A stretch of DNA of 64,000 nt from a virus. Lineage: Duplodnaviria; Caudoviricetes. The DNA lies in the IMG/VR virus record IMGVR_UViG_3300028888_000074, positions 32,001 through 96,000 of that record; one strand, 5' to 3'. Positions 45,952-55,749 of the stretch are shown piece after piece. The notes under the pieces are model-generated. The model had not been told where the DNA came from. It did not search any database and saw nothing but the letters and a program-made list of their open reading frames with translations. Every line of letters begins with the position of its first letter. Position 1 is the stretch's first letter. A program made the translations under genes and the position numbers.

Positions 45952-47805
45952 ATGTCTCAAAATATAAAGAATAATTACGTAAGGTACATAGACTCAAAGC
46001 TATATAACAAACATTATTATGATTATATGTTGTTTCGAGGTGAAACAGTTGGTGATTGCGGGGCTGATATCGATGGTAAGATGATAGCTGACTTCTCAAC
46101 ACTTGACATTGTAAGCGGAAGCCTTTATTCGACACGAACATGGAGTGGTGCAACTACGGATGACATCTTGTTAAAGGATATCGGTTTGACAGGTGTCGAC
46201 AACGGTTTCATATATTATGACAAGGACAGGATATCAAATATTGAATTCCTGAAAATATACCTGGAAAGTGAATATGAGATGAAATCTGGTGACACAAGAT
46301 TCTTCATGACACCTGTAACAGGAAACACCAAACTTTATCAATATCCTATGTATCTTGTCGACTCTGACGAGGGAAGATACATTGCATGCAAGGGTGGCTT
46401 CTACCAAGGATTTTTCAAACTTGAGGGGTTTGACTATGAGGTTTTGCCTACAACAATGACAGAGGATATTGTGCTTCATTTCGAAATCAGGCCAAGAAGT
46501 GATTATGAAATACTTAGCGGTACTGTTAATACCATACACCCAGAAAACAACGGGACATTCTTTTTCATTGGCACACGGGCTGAAAACAAGTTCTGGCCTT
46601 ATTACAAGACAGAAGAAGAGATGGAAAGACGCCCTGACGAGCAAATTCCGTATGATGCTGACGAGCTGTGTTTGGTAAACAACCACGAATGGCTTGTGAA
46701 AGACAGTTGTGGTTATATTGCTGGAAAAGAAATAGTTGGCAAAACGAAAAACAAACATACGGTTATAACGGACATTAACACATCAAAAAATGTGTATGAG
46801 AATTACCTGAAGACATATGATTTTGCACCATACAATTATTGCGGATGCTCTGAAAGTGAAGACGGAGGTGATGATACTGGACATACTGGAAATTGCGACA
46901 GTTATATAGCCGATGACTATTTTGAAACTTGTGAGAAAAGCACATGTCCAGACGACAACGGAAAGGCTGTAACGGACGAATATGTTGAGGATAGCATTGA
47001 CTTGAGGAATATAACATTGGAGGATTCAGCTGGCAATGAGATTGGAAAACATGGCTATTACGAGATAAAGGACAGCGACAACAAATTCCTTATGTTCGAC
47101 AGAACCGAAGACGGTTTTACCACGGATAATTGGATTGAAGGCACAAGGGTTACATTGACTGGCAGGACAGACTGGCCAAACGCCAATTACTTTATCATCA
47201 TGAACAGGACTGAAACTGGATACACAACCGACACGATAGACCAATACAATGAAACACATGGTTATGACTATGACATATACAAGGATATAAGGAACAACGT
47301 GTTCTCATTGAGGGTTACTGAAAATGGAGCCATAGGTTACAGATATGGCATATTGAACTGTGATGACAATATTGAAAATCACTACGAAGTGTTTGAGGAA
47401 TACTCAAAGGATGGAATGGTGAAGATGGATGAGTGGAACAGTATCAATGTTAGGTTTGCCATAATCAATCCAGCACAGGACAAATGTGACAAGAGACCGA
47501 GAAGAATGAGAATTATGATTTATGTCAACGGATTCTTGAAATTCATAAGCAAGGAACTTGATTCATTCTCATTCAGAGGTCTTGACGAAACCGTGGAAAG
47601 ACAGGAAGGCGTTCCATATAACATATCTTTAGGTGGCGGTTCAATCGGCCTGCTTGAGACAATTCTTCCGAACTACTACAAAATACCTGAGTATATCCTT
47701 CCGATAGAAAGGGATTACTGCGGAACATTCATAGGCGACATAAGGTCGTTCCAAATATATCAAGGATTTTTGAGTTATTCGTGCATACTCAACTATTTAT
47801 CATAG
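45952..47805 (+). CDS. putative virion structural protein
   Basis: 617 aa, acidic and beta-rich, LamG-like C-terminus (IYVNG..GTFIGDI..F.IY); CTATTTAT upstream. Confidence 0.6.
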   Translation: MSQNIKNNYVRYIDSKLYNKHYYDYMLFRGETVGDCGADIDGKMIADFSTLDIVSGSLYSTRTWSGATTDDILLKDIGLTGVDNGFIYYDKDRISNIEFLKIYLESEYEMKSGDTRFFMTPVTGNTKLYQYPMYLVDSDEGRYIACKGGFYQGFFKLEGFDYEVLPTTMTEDIVLHFEIRPRSDYEILSGTVNTIHPENNGTFFFIGTRAENKFWPYYKTEEEMERRPDEQIPYDADELCLVNNHEWLVKDSCGYIAGKEIVGKTKNKHTVITDINTSKNVYENYLKTYDFAPYNYCGCSESEDGGDDTGHTGNCDSYIADDYFETCEKSTCPDDNGKAVTDEYVEDSIDLRNITLEDSAGNEIGKHGYYEIKDSDNKFLMFDRTEDGFTTDNWIEGTRVTLTGRTDWPNANYFIIMNRTETGYTTDTIDQYNETHGYDYDIYKDIRNNVFSLRVTENGAIGYRYGILNCDDNIENHYEVFEEYSKDGMVKMDEWNSINVRFAIINPAQDKCDKRPRRMRIMIYVNGFLKFISKELDSFSFRGLDETVERQEGVPYNISLGGGSIGLLETILPNYYKIPEYILPIERDYCGTFIGDIRSFQIYQGFLSYSCILNYLS

Positions 47806-47838
47806 AGAAAATAAGTTTGAACACATATAATACACAAT

Positions 47839-49059
47839 ATGGCTAAAAATAACAGCGAAACATTATTGAGGGGTGCAAATGCCGCAACATATGGAGATGT
47901 CAACGGCATTACTTTTTATAAATTACAGTCAAAATTCTCTGGCGACACGACAAAGGATTGCAGTTTGACAGGTGAAGAGGTTGACAGAAACTTCTATTTC
48001 CTTCGTGGCTATGACATTGAAAGCGTCACATATGAAAACGGCCTGCTTACAATACAACGTGTTGACCACGACTATGCCCCTATTGAGATTGAATTGGGAT
48101 TGACCCCAGGAAGCGGTTCTTCTTCTGACTGTTGCGATGAGTTGTCAGCGGAAATCGAAGAGCTGTCCAACGACGTAAATGAATTGAAATCACAAACGTC
48201 CGAATTCCTGAAAGATACATATGTTTGTGGTGTGACCATAAACGCAAACAATGATTTGGTGATTACCAGAAACGACGGTGCAACGTTCACCGTTCATTTG
48301 GGTGGAGGAACACCAGGAGGTGGTGGAGAAGGTGGTGATTATGACATTGCCGATGATTCAACGACATTCCTGAAAATCAAAAACTACCACATCGGTGCAT
48401 ATGTAGATGGTGGTGGAGGATACAGAAACACTTTGGCTTCAACTGATTATGTTGGAAGTGCCGAGACAAGAGCGGTACAAAACGCAAACAACTATACCGA
48501 TGATAAGTTGAGAATATTCAGTGCTCATGTTATTAATCATATTGATACTGTTGACAACCAGCTTTATCAGGAAATTTTGAAGAACAGGGGTGATATTGAA
48601 ACGCTGAACGGAACCTACAAGGATAATGGTTCTGTTGTATTCACTTTCTATCGTGAACTTGATGATGCACTTCTTGCTGGTGATGTTATTAACCCTCAAG
48701 GTATTACAGAGAATGATAGCCTAATAAAGAAAATACATGTAGACAACGACAACGGTGACCTTGCAAGATACTATGTATCAAACAAGGCAAGCGATATGAC
48801 AATCATCGTTGATGGTGAATCCAGAAACCTTGATGCTTATATAAACGGTTTGAACAACCAGATAGCTAATTTACAGAACAGAATCAATGAGCTTGAAGGT
48901 GGTATCGAACAAACAATTAAGAACACCATTAAACGTTACCTTGTCGGAACTGATTATGAAATCAAGATTACCGAAACATTGGATGACAGATTGAAGGTTG
49001 GATTCACAGATGACGCTGTGTTCGGTGACCCAGCTGGCATAAATCCAGTTAACCACTAA
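47839..49059 (+). CDS. putative virion structural protein with coiled coils
   Basis: LTGEEVDRNF motif, Gly linkers, heptad segments; CTATTTAT upstream. Confidence 0.6.
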   Translation: MAKNNSETLLRGANAATYGDVNGITFYKLQSKFSGDTTKDCSLTGEEVDRNFYFLRGYDIESVTYENGLLTIQRVDHDYAPIEIELGLTPGSGSSSDCCDELSAEIEELSNDVNELKSQTSEFLKDTYVCGVTINANNDLVITRNDGATFTVHLGGGTPGGGGEGGDYDIADDSTTFLKIKNYHIGAYVDGGGGYRNTLASTDYVGSAETRAVQNANNYTDDKLRIFSAHVINHIDTVDNQLYQEILKNRGDIETLNGTYKDNGSVVFTFYRELDDALLAGDVINPQGITENDSLIKKIHVDNDNGDLARYYVSNKASDMTIIVDGESRNLDAYINGLNNQIANLQNRINELEGGIEQTIKNTIKRYLVGTDYEIKITETLDDRLKVGFTDDAVFGDPAGINPVNH

Positions 49060-49064
49060 AACAA

Positions 49065-49096
49065 AAACGGAGACCAATCGGTCTCCGTTTCTTTTT
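49065..49096. terminator. bidirectional intrinsic terminator
   Basis: AAACGGAGACC-aatc-GGTCTCCGTTT. Confidence 0.8.
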
Positions 49097-49900
49097 CTAA
49101 CGCCTTAGGACGTTTTCATTGAATTTGATTATAACATCTTTCATGTCCTGTGGGAATCTTGATTTGAATTCTTCCATGACACAATGAGGTATACCATAAT
49201 ACGCTTCGGCAATTGAGCCAGCCATGCAAGCAATCGTGTCAGAATCACCACCAATCCAAATCGATTTTTTTATTGTATCGATGAAATCAAATCCATTTAA
49301 AAAACACATAATAGCTTCAGGAACAGTAATTTGACAAGTCGCATCAAAACCATGTGACTCCGTGCCGAGTTCTTCAAACGGTTTGTCAAGGTCGTACACA
49401 AAATCTTCTGCGAGAATTCTTTTCATGTCTTCCTTACCCGCTCCACTTCTTGCAAGATAAATAGCTTCCGCTATAGCCTTTGCACCTGTTACTCCGTTGT
49501 CTGTATTATGTGTGACTATTGCTGATTTTTCAGCAAGTTCCAAACATTCTTCCAACGTATTTGCATAATAAGCACAAGGTGAAACTCTCATAGCAGAACC
49601 GTTGCCGAAACTACCAAATGGCTCGTAAGTATCACTATTTAGCCATTTTTTAAATCTAGGACCATAGCCGACATAACCGTATTGTTTCCCCCACTGTTTT
49701 AGTTTCTTACCAAGAAGATTGGTGTCAGTTCCTCCGCAACAGTTCAACCAGTCCATTACAGCAACAGTCAAAACACTATCATCAGTAAATTCACCAGACT
49801 TGGTAAGCTCTACATCAAAAACAGTTTTGGTTCGGTCAAAGTTGTTGAACTCGTAGACCGAACCATAATAATCACCAATAATTCCTCCAATGTAATTCAC
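49097..49900 (-). CDS. ADP-ribosylglycohydrolase (DraG/ARH family)
   Basis: GGIIGD..GS.YEF, FTDDS, SFGNGSAMRVSP, THN, GGDSDTIA. Confidence 0.92.
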   Translation of the reverse strand: MNYIGGIIGDYYGSVYEFNNFDRTKTVFDVELTKSGEFTDDSVLTVAVMDWLNCCGGTDTNLLGKKLKQWGKQYGYVGYGPRFKKWLNSDTYEPFGSFGNGSAMRVSPCAYYANTLEECLELAEKSAIVTHNTDNGVTGAKAIAEAIYLARSGAGKEDMKRILAEDFVYDLDKPFEELGTESHGFDATCQITVPEAIMCFLNGFDFIDTIKKSIWIGGDSDTIACMAGSIAEAYYGIPHCVMEEFKSRFPQDMKDVIIKFNENVLRR

Positions 49901-49902
49901 GA

Positions 49903-50289
49903 TTATTCGTTTTCAGAGCTTATTCGCTTAATGTAGTCCACATTGTGTGCTCTACAATTGCTTGCTTTCTCGATGAAATCGTCAATTGCGTTCATCTGAG
50001 CAGACAGCTTCTCCATGAAAGCCGCACATTTGTTTGCTGCATACTTGTAAGCCATGTTCTCAGCTTTTGCATGGGCGATTCGCATACCAAGCGCAATGTC
50101 AAATTCGTCTTCGGGATGACATTTTGCAACGGCTGTCTTATCGAAATAATAATCGTAGCAACCATACTCATCTGCAAGACCATCAACCATACCTTGCAGT
50201 CTGCAAGCGACAGCCTTTTTCTCGTTGTTTACATAAAATTCGGGCTCACCGAAAAACGTTACTTTTACTTTGTCAAATTTTCTACACAT
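49903..50289 (-). CDS. hypothetical phage protein
   Basis: AVAKCHPEDEFD...G.RIA motif. Confidence 0.75.
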   Translation of the reverse strand: MCRKFDKVKVTFFGEPEFYVNNEKKAVACRLQGMVDGLADEYGCYDYYFDKTAVAKCHPEDEFDIALGMRIAHAKAENMAYKYAANKCAAFMEKLSAQMNAIDDFIEKASNCRAHNVDYIKRISSENE

Positions 50290-50358
50290 AATTTTTCAAT
50301 TTTAAAATTTTCTACTATAATGCTACAAAATATTTTCCACAAAACCAAATGATAATTG

Positions 50359-51450
50359 TTATTTTTTTTCTTTGAAATTATCACCATAATGATAAGTGAC
50401 CCAAGTTTTATATGAATTGTCCCTATTTTTCAATGCTTCACACCACTCGGTGTTTTCAAGATACCATTCAACCGTTTCGTGCACTGATTCCTCAACAGTG
50501 TACTTTGGTGTCCATCCAAGTTCATTCGTTATCTTGTCATGGTTGAGGTCGTACCTGAAATCATGTGACTTTCCACGAGGGTCTGGAATGAATTTTATCA
50601 GTTTTTCATATTCACTTTGCTTGTTGTTTGTCAAAGTGCAATATTCCTTTATTATCAGCTTTACCAAATCGATGTTTGAAACACATGCGTCGCCGCCAAT
50701 ACAATATAATTCACCGACACATCCGTCGTGTACCAACATGTCAATTGCGTTGCATATGTCGTGTACATTGGTCCAGTCCCTCATTTGCTTTCCTTTACCG
50801 TAAATAGGAATTTCCTGTTTGTTTACCAGTCTGTCTATGGTTAGAGGAACAAGCTTTTCGAGATATTGGTATCCACCGATTGCATTACCGCAACATAGGC
50901 TTATTATCGGAAGGTCATAAGCCTCATAATAGGTCTTACCAAAAAGGTATTGTGCTGCTTTTGAAGTGCTGTATGGACTGTGAGGGTCTATCGGCGTGTT
51001 TTCGTCAAACGGTTTGTCATCAACAGACAATGAACCGAAAATCTCATCAGTTATCATATTGAAGAACTTTCTATCTGATTTGTCAGTCCAATGATGCTTG
51101 GCAACATTTAGCAAATTCAATGTACCCATTACATTTGTTTCAACAAAAACATTAGGGTTTGACATACTTCTATCCACGTGCGACTCTGCCGCCATATGTA
51201 TCACATAGTCGAAATCATACATTGCAAACAATTTGTCCACCAAATATTTGTCACATATGCTTCCATGTGCATAAACATAATTTTCCTCATTCTCAATGTC
51301 TTTTAGATTGTCCTGATTACCTGCATACGTCATAGCATCAAGGTTTACAACCTTGTATGTCGGATACTTTGTCACGAACAGCCTAACAAGGTGCGACCCT
51401 ATGAATCCGCAACCTCCAGTGATTAAAACCGTTTTGTCAATCTGTTCCAT
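50359..51450 (-). CDS. rmlB: dTDP-glucose 4,6-dehydratase
   Basis: TGGCGFIGS, TYAGN, AAESHVDRS, TDE, PHSPYSTSK. Confidence 0.93.
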   Translation of the reverse strand: MEQIDKTVLITGGCGFIGSHLVRLFVTKYPTYKVVNLDAMTYAGNQDNLKDIENEENYVYAHGSICDKYLVDKLFAMYDFDYVIHMAAESHVDRSMSNPNVFVETNVMGTLNLLNVAKHHWTDKSDRKFFNMITDEIFGSLSVDDKPFDENTPIDPHSPYSTSKAAQYLFGKTYYEAYDLPIISLCCGNAIGGYQYLEKLVPLTIDRLVNKQEIPIYGKGKQMRDWTNVHDICNAIDMLVHDGCVGELYCIGGDACVSNIDLVKLIIKEYCTLTNNKQSEYEKLIKFIPDPRGKSHDFRYDLNHDKITNELGWTPKYTVEESVHETVEWYLENTEWCEALKNRDNSYKTWVTYHYGDNFKEKK

Positions 51451-51452
51451 AA

Positions 51453-52037
51453 TTAAATACCTTTAAAATCATTGAAGTCAATTCCTTGTGCATCTTTTTC
51501 TGAGATGATTAATTCGTCAAGGTTCCTTATTCTGTTCCATTTCGGAGACAACGCATAAATCGACTTTTTCCAATCAAACGGAATAGTGTCCCATTTTATG
51601 CACCCTTCACTTGCCTTGTCATAACGGTTGTCACATTTGTACTGGAAGACCGTATTGTTTTTTAAGGCGACAAATCCGTGTGCAAAACCGCGTGGAATGA
51701 AAAATTGATTATGGTTTTCAGCCGTAAGATGTGCGCAATAAGGAATGCCAAATGTCGGTGAATTTTTCCGAATGTCAATGACAACATCAAGCACCGAACC
51801 ACTGACCACACGCACAAGTTTTGCCTGTTCCGATTCTCCTGTCTGGAAATGCATGCCCCTCAAAACGCCTCTTGAAGAACAGCTTTGGTTGTCCTGAACA
51901 AAATTTGTGTCAACACCTATAATTTCTTTGAATTCCTTGTCATTGAAGGTTTCCATAAAATAACCCCTTTCGTCCGTATAAACTTTCGGTGCGAACAACA
52001 CAGGGCCGTCTTTGTATTTATAAACAAATTCGTACAT
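51453..52037 (-). CDS. rmlC: dTDP-4-dehydrorhamnose 3,5-epimerase
   Basis: DERGYF, QDNQS.S..GVLRGMHFQ, QAKLVR, PRGFAHGF, YKCD. Confidence 0.93.
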   Translation of the reverse strand: MYEFVYKYKDGPVLFAPKVYTDERGYFMETFNDKEFKEIIGVDTNFVQDNQSCSSRGVLRGMHFQTGESEQAKLVRVVSGSVLDVVIDIRKNSPTFGIPYCAHLTAENHNQFFIPRGFAHGFVALKNNTVFQYKCDNRYDKASEGCIKWDTIPFDWKKSIYALSPKWNRIRNLDELIISEKDAQGIDFNDFKGI

Positions 52038-52042
52038 AATAG

Positions 52043-53923
52043 TTAATTTTGATTAAAATTTTTATTTATTTTTTCAGCACTTGGAATGTGCAGTGTTTCC
52101 CTTAATCTGTCAGAGACGTCATCAATTTTAACCTTATCATATGTTGCATCTGGTTTTAGCCAAATTAATCTTCGTCCAACAACGTTCAATCCAAGATTTT
52201 GTAATGGAATAGCATAAAGACTTAATTGCAAAGTATAATAAGATGCATTTTGGTCTAACATGTCATTAAATGGCCATAATAAAGTTTGACCTCTGATATT
52301 TTTATACAAGTCTTCGTTGGTGTTATGTGTTATCATCATATTTTCGCCATAAGCAAATGTTCGTGTTTGGCTATCAACTTGTATACATCTTGTTGGAACC
52401 ATATCAACTGGTTCAATGGTTGTTATATTAATATATTTTGTGTAGTCAGCTTTTGGTTGTTCAATATTTATTTTTCTAACCAAAAAAGGATATTCTTTTG
52501 TTGTAAATGTTATATCAAAACCATCAATAGCTTTAGTATTGCAATATTTTTTACATTTTATGTTTGTGCATTTTATACCTAAAGAAGACAGCAATTCAAT
52601 TGAAAATTTCATTTGGCTTTCTTTTGTTGTGGTAAGCACGAATCTTTTTCTTGTTTTGTTGTAATATCCGTCAGTATCCATCAAACCTCGAAGTAACTGT
52701 AATTTTATTTCTTTTGAAGCAGTTAAATATTCGATTGGAATATGCTTGTTTTTTAATAAATTGTATTTTTTTAATTTTGTAGCTAAGCCATATATCGTTC
52801 TACTTTTTGCTTTCCCACATCCGTGTTGTGACACATCTGGCCCAATTGAAAACCCTCTTTTTTCTATCTCTTCAAATATTTCATCATACATGTTTGTAAT
52901 CATACCACATGCAGAATGTCCGTCTCCAAGCCAAACACCCAAAACATAAGGGTCGATAAGTACTTCTGAATTCCCATCAATTCCAGGAAACATTCTTATT
53001 TTTGGTATGTTTATTGTATTTTTTCTATTAGGGTGACTTTTCATGAATTCAAAAATTTCTTCAGTTGTCATAATTTTTTCGGTTTTATATTTTTCTCCGC
53101 TTGTAAATGTTACCAACCAATTGTGCTCGTAATCAGCAATAACCGATGTGTTGTTGTTGAAATTGATTTTGTAACACTTATTATGATGTATATCTGAAGC
53201 GTTTATCACTGTTGTTTCATTTCCATCACCATCATATACAATATCACCAGCTTCAATTGTTTCCATTGTTTTCCACCCACATTTAGTTAAAATCGGTGTA
53301 TTTACATCCAACCCCTTATAATCAAAAATTATAAGCCCATTTCTAGGCGAATTCGGTTTTTCGACATAATAAAACAATATGTCGAAAGTACCAGCATATT
53401 GTGTTCCATCCTGATTAAAAACTTTTGTTTCAGCAAGTATTGGTACAATAAATTCTGGTATATCGTTCCAGAATTTTACAACAGCCTCTTCTTGTGGACA
53501 GGTTGGATGTGGAATTCCATCAATGAATTTATCCTTGCATTCGGGCAATATTTTGTCTTCCTGTCCTGTCATGTAATAGAACATGCTTTCGCCGAATGCA
53601 TGCACGTCTGTTCCGAAACTGCATGCATGGTCTGATTTTACCTTCCATTTGGCAAGTATCTGCTCCTTCGTCATGCCATAATACTTGTATGACGGGTCCT
53701 GGTCCCTCTGCCATTTCTTGACGCAGTTCTCAGCCATCTGTTCTCCAGTAATCGGTTTGTATTTGTGTGTAACATCTGACACGCACATATACTTTACACC
53801 GTCAAGATAATATTCATGCGGTTCTTCAAGAAAAACCAATTTATTGGTGTAATTGTCTACAATCTGTTCTCGTATCTTTTCTATTTCGGGTAAGTTGTAA
53901 TACTTTTCCCATTTGTTTTTCAT
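52043..53923 (-). CDS. PD-(D/E)XK exonuclease-like protein interrupted by an intein
   Basis: H.Y, GT.VH, E, AGTFD, DYK|intein|TN, Y.LQLSLY. Confidence 0.85.
   Translation of the reverse strand: MKNKWEKYYNLPEIEKIREQIVDNYTNKLVFLEEPHEYYLDGVKYMCVSDVTHKYKPITGEQMAENCVKKWQRDQDPSYKYYGMTKEQILAKWKVKSDHACSFGTDVHAFGESMFYYMTGQEDKILPECKDKFIDGIPHPTCPQEEAVVKFWNDIPEFIVPILAETKVFNQDGTQYAGTFDILFYYVEKPNSPRNGLIIFDYKGLDVNTPILTKCGWKTMETIEAGDIVYDGDGNETTVINASDIHHNKCYKINFNNNTSVIADYEHNWLVTFTSGEKYKTEKIMTTEEIFEFMKSHPNRKNTINIPKIRMFPGIDGNSEVLIDPYVLGVWLGDGHSACGMITNMYDEIFEEIEKRGFSIGPDVSQHGCGKAKSRTIYGLATKLKKYNLLKNKHIPIEYLTASKEIKLQLLRGLMDTDGYYNKTRKRFVLTTTKESQMKFSIELLSSLGIKCTNIKCKKYCNTKAIDGFDITFTTKEYPFLVRKINIEQPKADYTKYINITTIEPVDMVPTRCIQVDSQTRTFAYGENMMITHNTNEDLYKNIRGQTLLWPFNDMLDQNASYYTLQLSLYAIPLQNLGLNVVGRRLIWLKPDATYDKVKIDDVSDRLRETLHIPSAEKINKNFNQN
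52322..53314 (-). mobile_element. class 3 intein with LAGLIDADG homing endonuclease (331 aa)
   Basis: Starts GLDVNTPI, block B ADYEHNW, LGVWLGDG / LRGLMDTDG, block F TRCIQV, ends ITHN followed by Thr. Confidence 0.88.
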
Positions 53924-54303
53924 TGTTCAAGTTTTTTCCTTCTTATTTCAGCGACTTTCTCTTTCAAAAGCCTTCTCTCAAGTTTTTCCTTTATTGTATC
54001 CCCATGACACGCAAGCGGATGGCAATAACATTCAAGGTATATGTCTTCCCCGTTTTTATATTTCTCGTAAATCTCATCAACCTGTTCCTTGAAAGACTGG
54101 TTGTTGGCGTATTCAAGGTCAAAATAACCAGAATACCTTTCAATGGCCTCATCCCTTGTCCTGACACGGTAAATGGCTTTGGTTCCCCTCAATGGCAAAT
54201 GTGTGTAAGGATTGCCAAGTATGCTTGCTCCACGAAAAATAGGGTAATTGTTCTTTTCGTGTGAATGGTCGTCGTTTTTCCTGTTATATACAATAATTGC
54301 CAT
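53920..54303 (-). CDS. DUF4326-like protein
   Basis: R.S.LGNPY, R.EAIERY, LECYCHPLACHGD. Confidence 0.85.
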   Translation of the reverse strand: MAIIVYNRKNDDHSHEKNNYPIFRGASILGNPYTHLPLRGTKAIYRVRTRDEAIERYSGYFDLEYANNQSFKEQVDEIYEKYKNGEDIYLECYCHPLACHGDTIKEKLERRLLKEKVAEIRRKKLEQ

Positions 54304-54305
54304 AT

Positions 54306-54437
54306 TTACCAGAACTCTTCGTCGTCGTTATCACTATTGCTTTCGTTTTCATAATCGAAATCATCATCTAATAAACTCTCAACAAACATTTCCATTTCCA
54401 AATCCACAGGCTTCCAATCAGTCATTTCAAAAGCCAT
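54306..54437 (-). CDS. small highly acidic protein (43 aa)
   Basis: Read directly: MAFEMTDWKPVDLEMEMFVESLLDDDFDYENESNSDNDDEEFW*; promoter TTGGTT-N17-TATAAT at about 54478-54506. Confidence 0.65.
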   Translation of the reverse strand: MAFEMTDWKPVDLEMEMFVESLLDDDFDYENESNSDNDDEEFW

Positions 54438-54585
54438 AACTTCATGTTTTTTTTTATGTTATTTTTTCCAAACACCATTATACAAATTAAAATCGCTAAA
54501 ACCAAATATAGTGTGATGTTGACAATTGTGGTTTGTATAATTATATTATGTATTATAATAATATTGTATAAATTTTGGCTATATT

Positions 54586-55506
54586 ATGAGAGTTAAAGGA
54601 ATATTGCTTGCAGGTGGAAGCGGAACGAGGCTTTTCCCCATTACAAAAGGTGTTTCAAAGCAATTGTTACCGATTTACGACAAACCAATGGTCTATTATC
54701 CATTGTCTACACTTATGGGTGCTGGGATACAGGATATATTGATTATAACCACACCTCAGGACCAGGAAAACTTCAAAAGGCTTCTTGGTGACGGAAGTTG
54801 TTTGGGTATAAATCTGAGCTATGCTGTTCAAGCTGAGCCTAAGGGCATTGCGCAGGCGTTCACTATAGCTGAAGACTGCGGATTCGCGGACAAAAACACG
54901 CCGCTTGCATTGATTCTTGGCGACAATATATTCCATTGCGCTGGATTCTTCGAGCTGTTGCGGGACTGTGTGCTTAAAACATGCGGGGATTTTTATGATG
55001 ATGAATGCGCCACCATTTTCGGGTATTGGGTTACCGACCCAGAAAGATACGGTGTTGCGGAAATTGACAATGACGGAAGATGCCTGTCAATTGAGGAGAA
55101 GCCAGTTGACCCCAAATCTAATTATGCCGTTGTTGGGCTTTATTTCTATCCCAGAGGCGTTACTGAGATGGTGAAGGGTATCACACCGTCTGGTCGTGGA
55201 GAGCTCGAAATAACGGCTCTTAACCAGCTTTATTTGGATAAAGGAAAACTATCGGTTGAAGTGCTTCCTCGTGGATGTGCGTGGTTTGACTGTGGTTTGT
55301 TTGACAGCATGCTTGACGCAAGCAATTATGTTGCAACGGTTGAAAAAAGACAGGGGCTCCAGATTGCGTGTCTTGAGGAGATTGCATTAAACAACGAATG
55401 GATTGACGAAGAACAAGTACTGTCTTGCACCGAGGATATGAGAAAAAACAGCTATGGGCAATATATTTTCAATATTATTAACAATAATAACAGCCAAACA
55501 TTTTAA
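54586..55506 (+). CDS. rmlA: glucose-1-phosphate thymidylyltransferase
   Basis: GILLAGGSGTRLFP.T..VSKQLLPIYDKPM, LGDNIF, EEKP, RGELEIT. Confidence 0.95.
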   Translation: MRVKGILLAGGSGTRLFPITKGVSKQLLPIYDKPMVYYPLSTLMGAGIQDILIITTPQDQENFKRLLGDGSCLGINLSYAVQAEPKGIAQAFTIAEDCGFADKNTPLALILGDNIFHCAGFFELLRDCVLKTCGDFYDDECATIFGYWVTDPERYGVAEIDNDGRCLSIEEKPVDPKSNYAVVGLYFYPRGVTEMVKGITPSGRGELEITALNQLYLDKGKLSVEVLPRGCAWFDCGLFDSMLDASNYVATVEKRQGLQIACLEEIALNNEWIDEEQVLSCTEDMRKNSYGQYIFNIINNNNSQTF

Positions 55507-55509
55507 AAA

Positions 55510-55749
55510 ATGAAAAAAAACACACAATATCAAGTAGTTAAAGATATTCAAATTGTTGGAGGGAACACAATAAAGAAAGGAACGTCAATACAAAGAACCA
55601 GCGGACTGTATTATATGGAGGGCTTTTTGCTTCCGAAAGACTATCAAGAAGATTTCGACAACCTAATCGAATACGAGGAGGGGAACGGATGGAACTATAT
55701 CGTACCTATAAGAGAGGTTGAAGCTTTCAAAACAAAGAAAAACAATTAG
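55510..55749 (+). CDS. hypothetical protein
   Basis: 79-aa ORF. Confidence 0.65.
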   Translation: MKKNTQYQVVKDIQIVGGNTIKKGTSIQRTSGLYYMEGFLLPKDYQEDFDNLIEYEEGNGWNYIVPIREVEAFKTKKNN

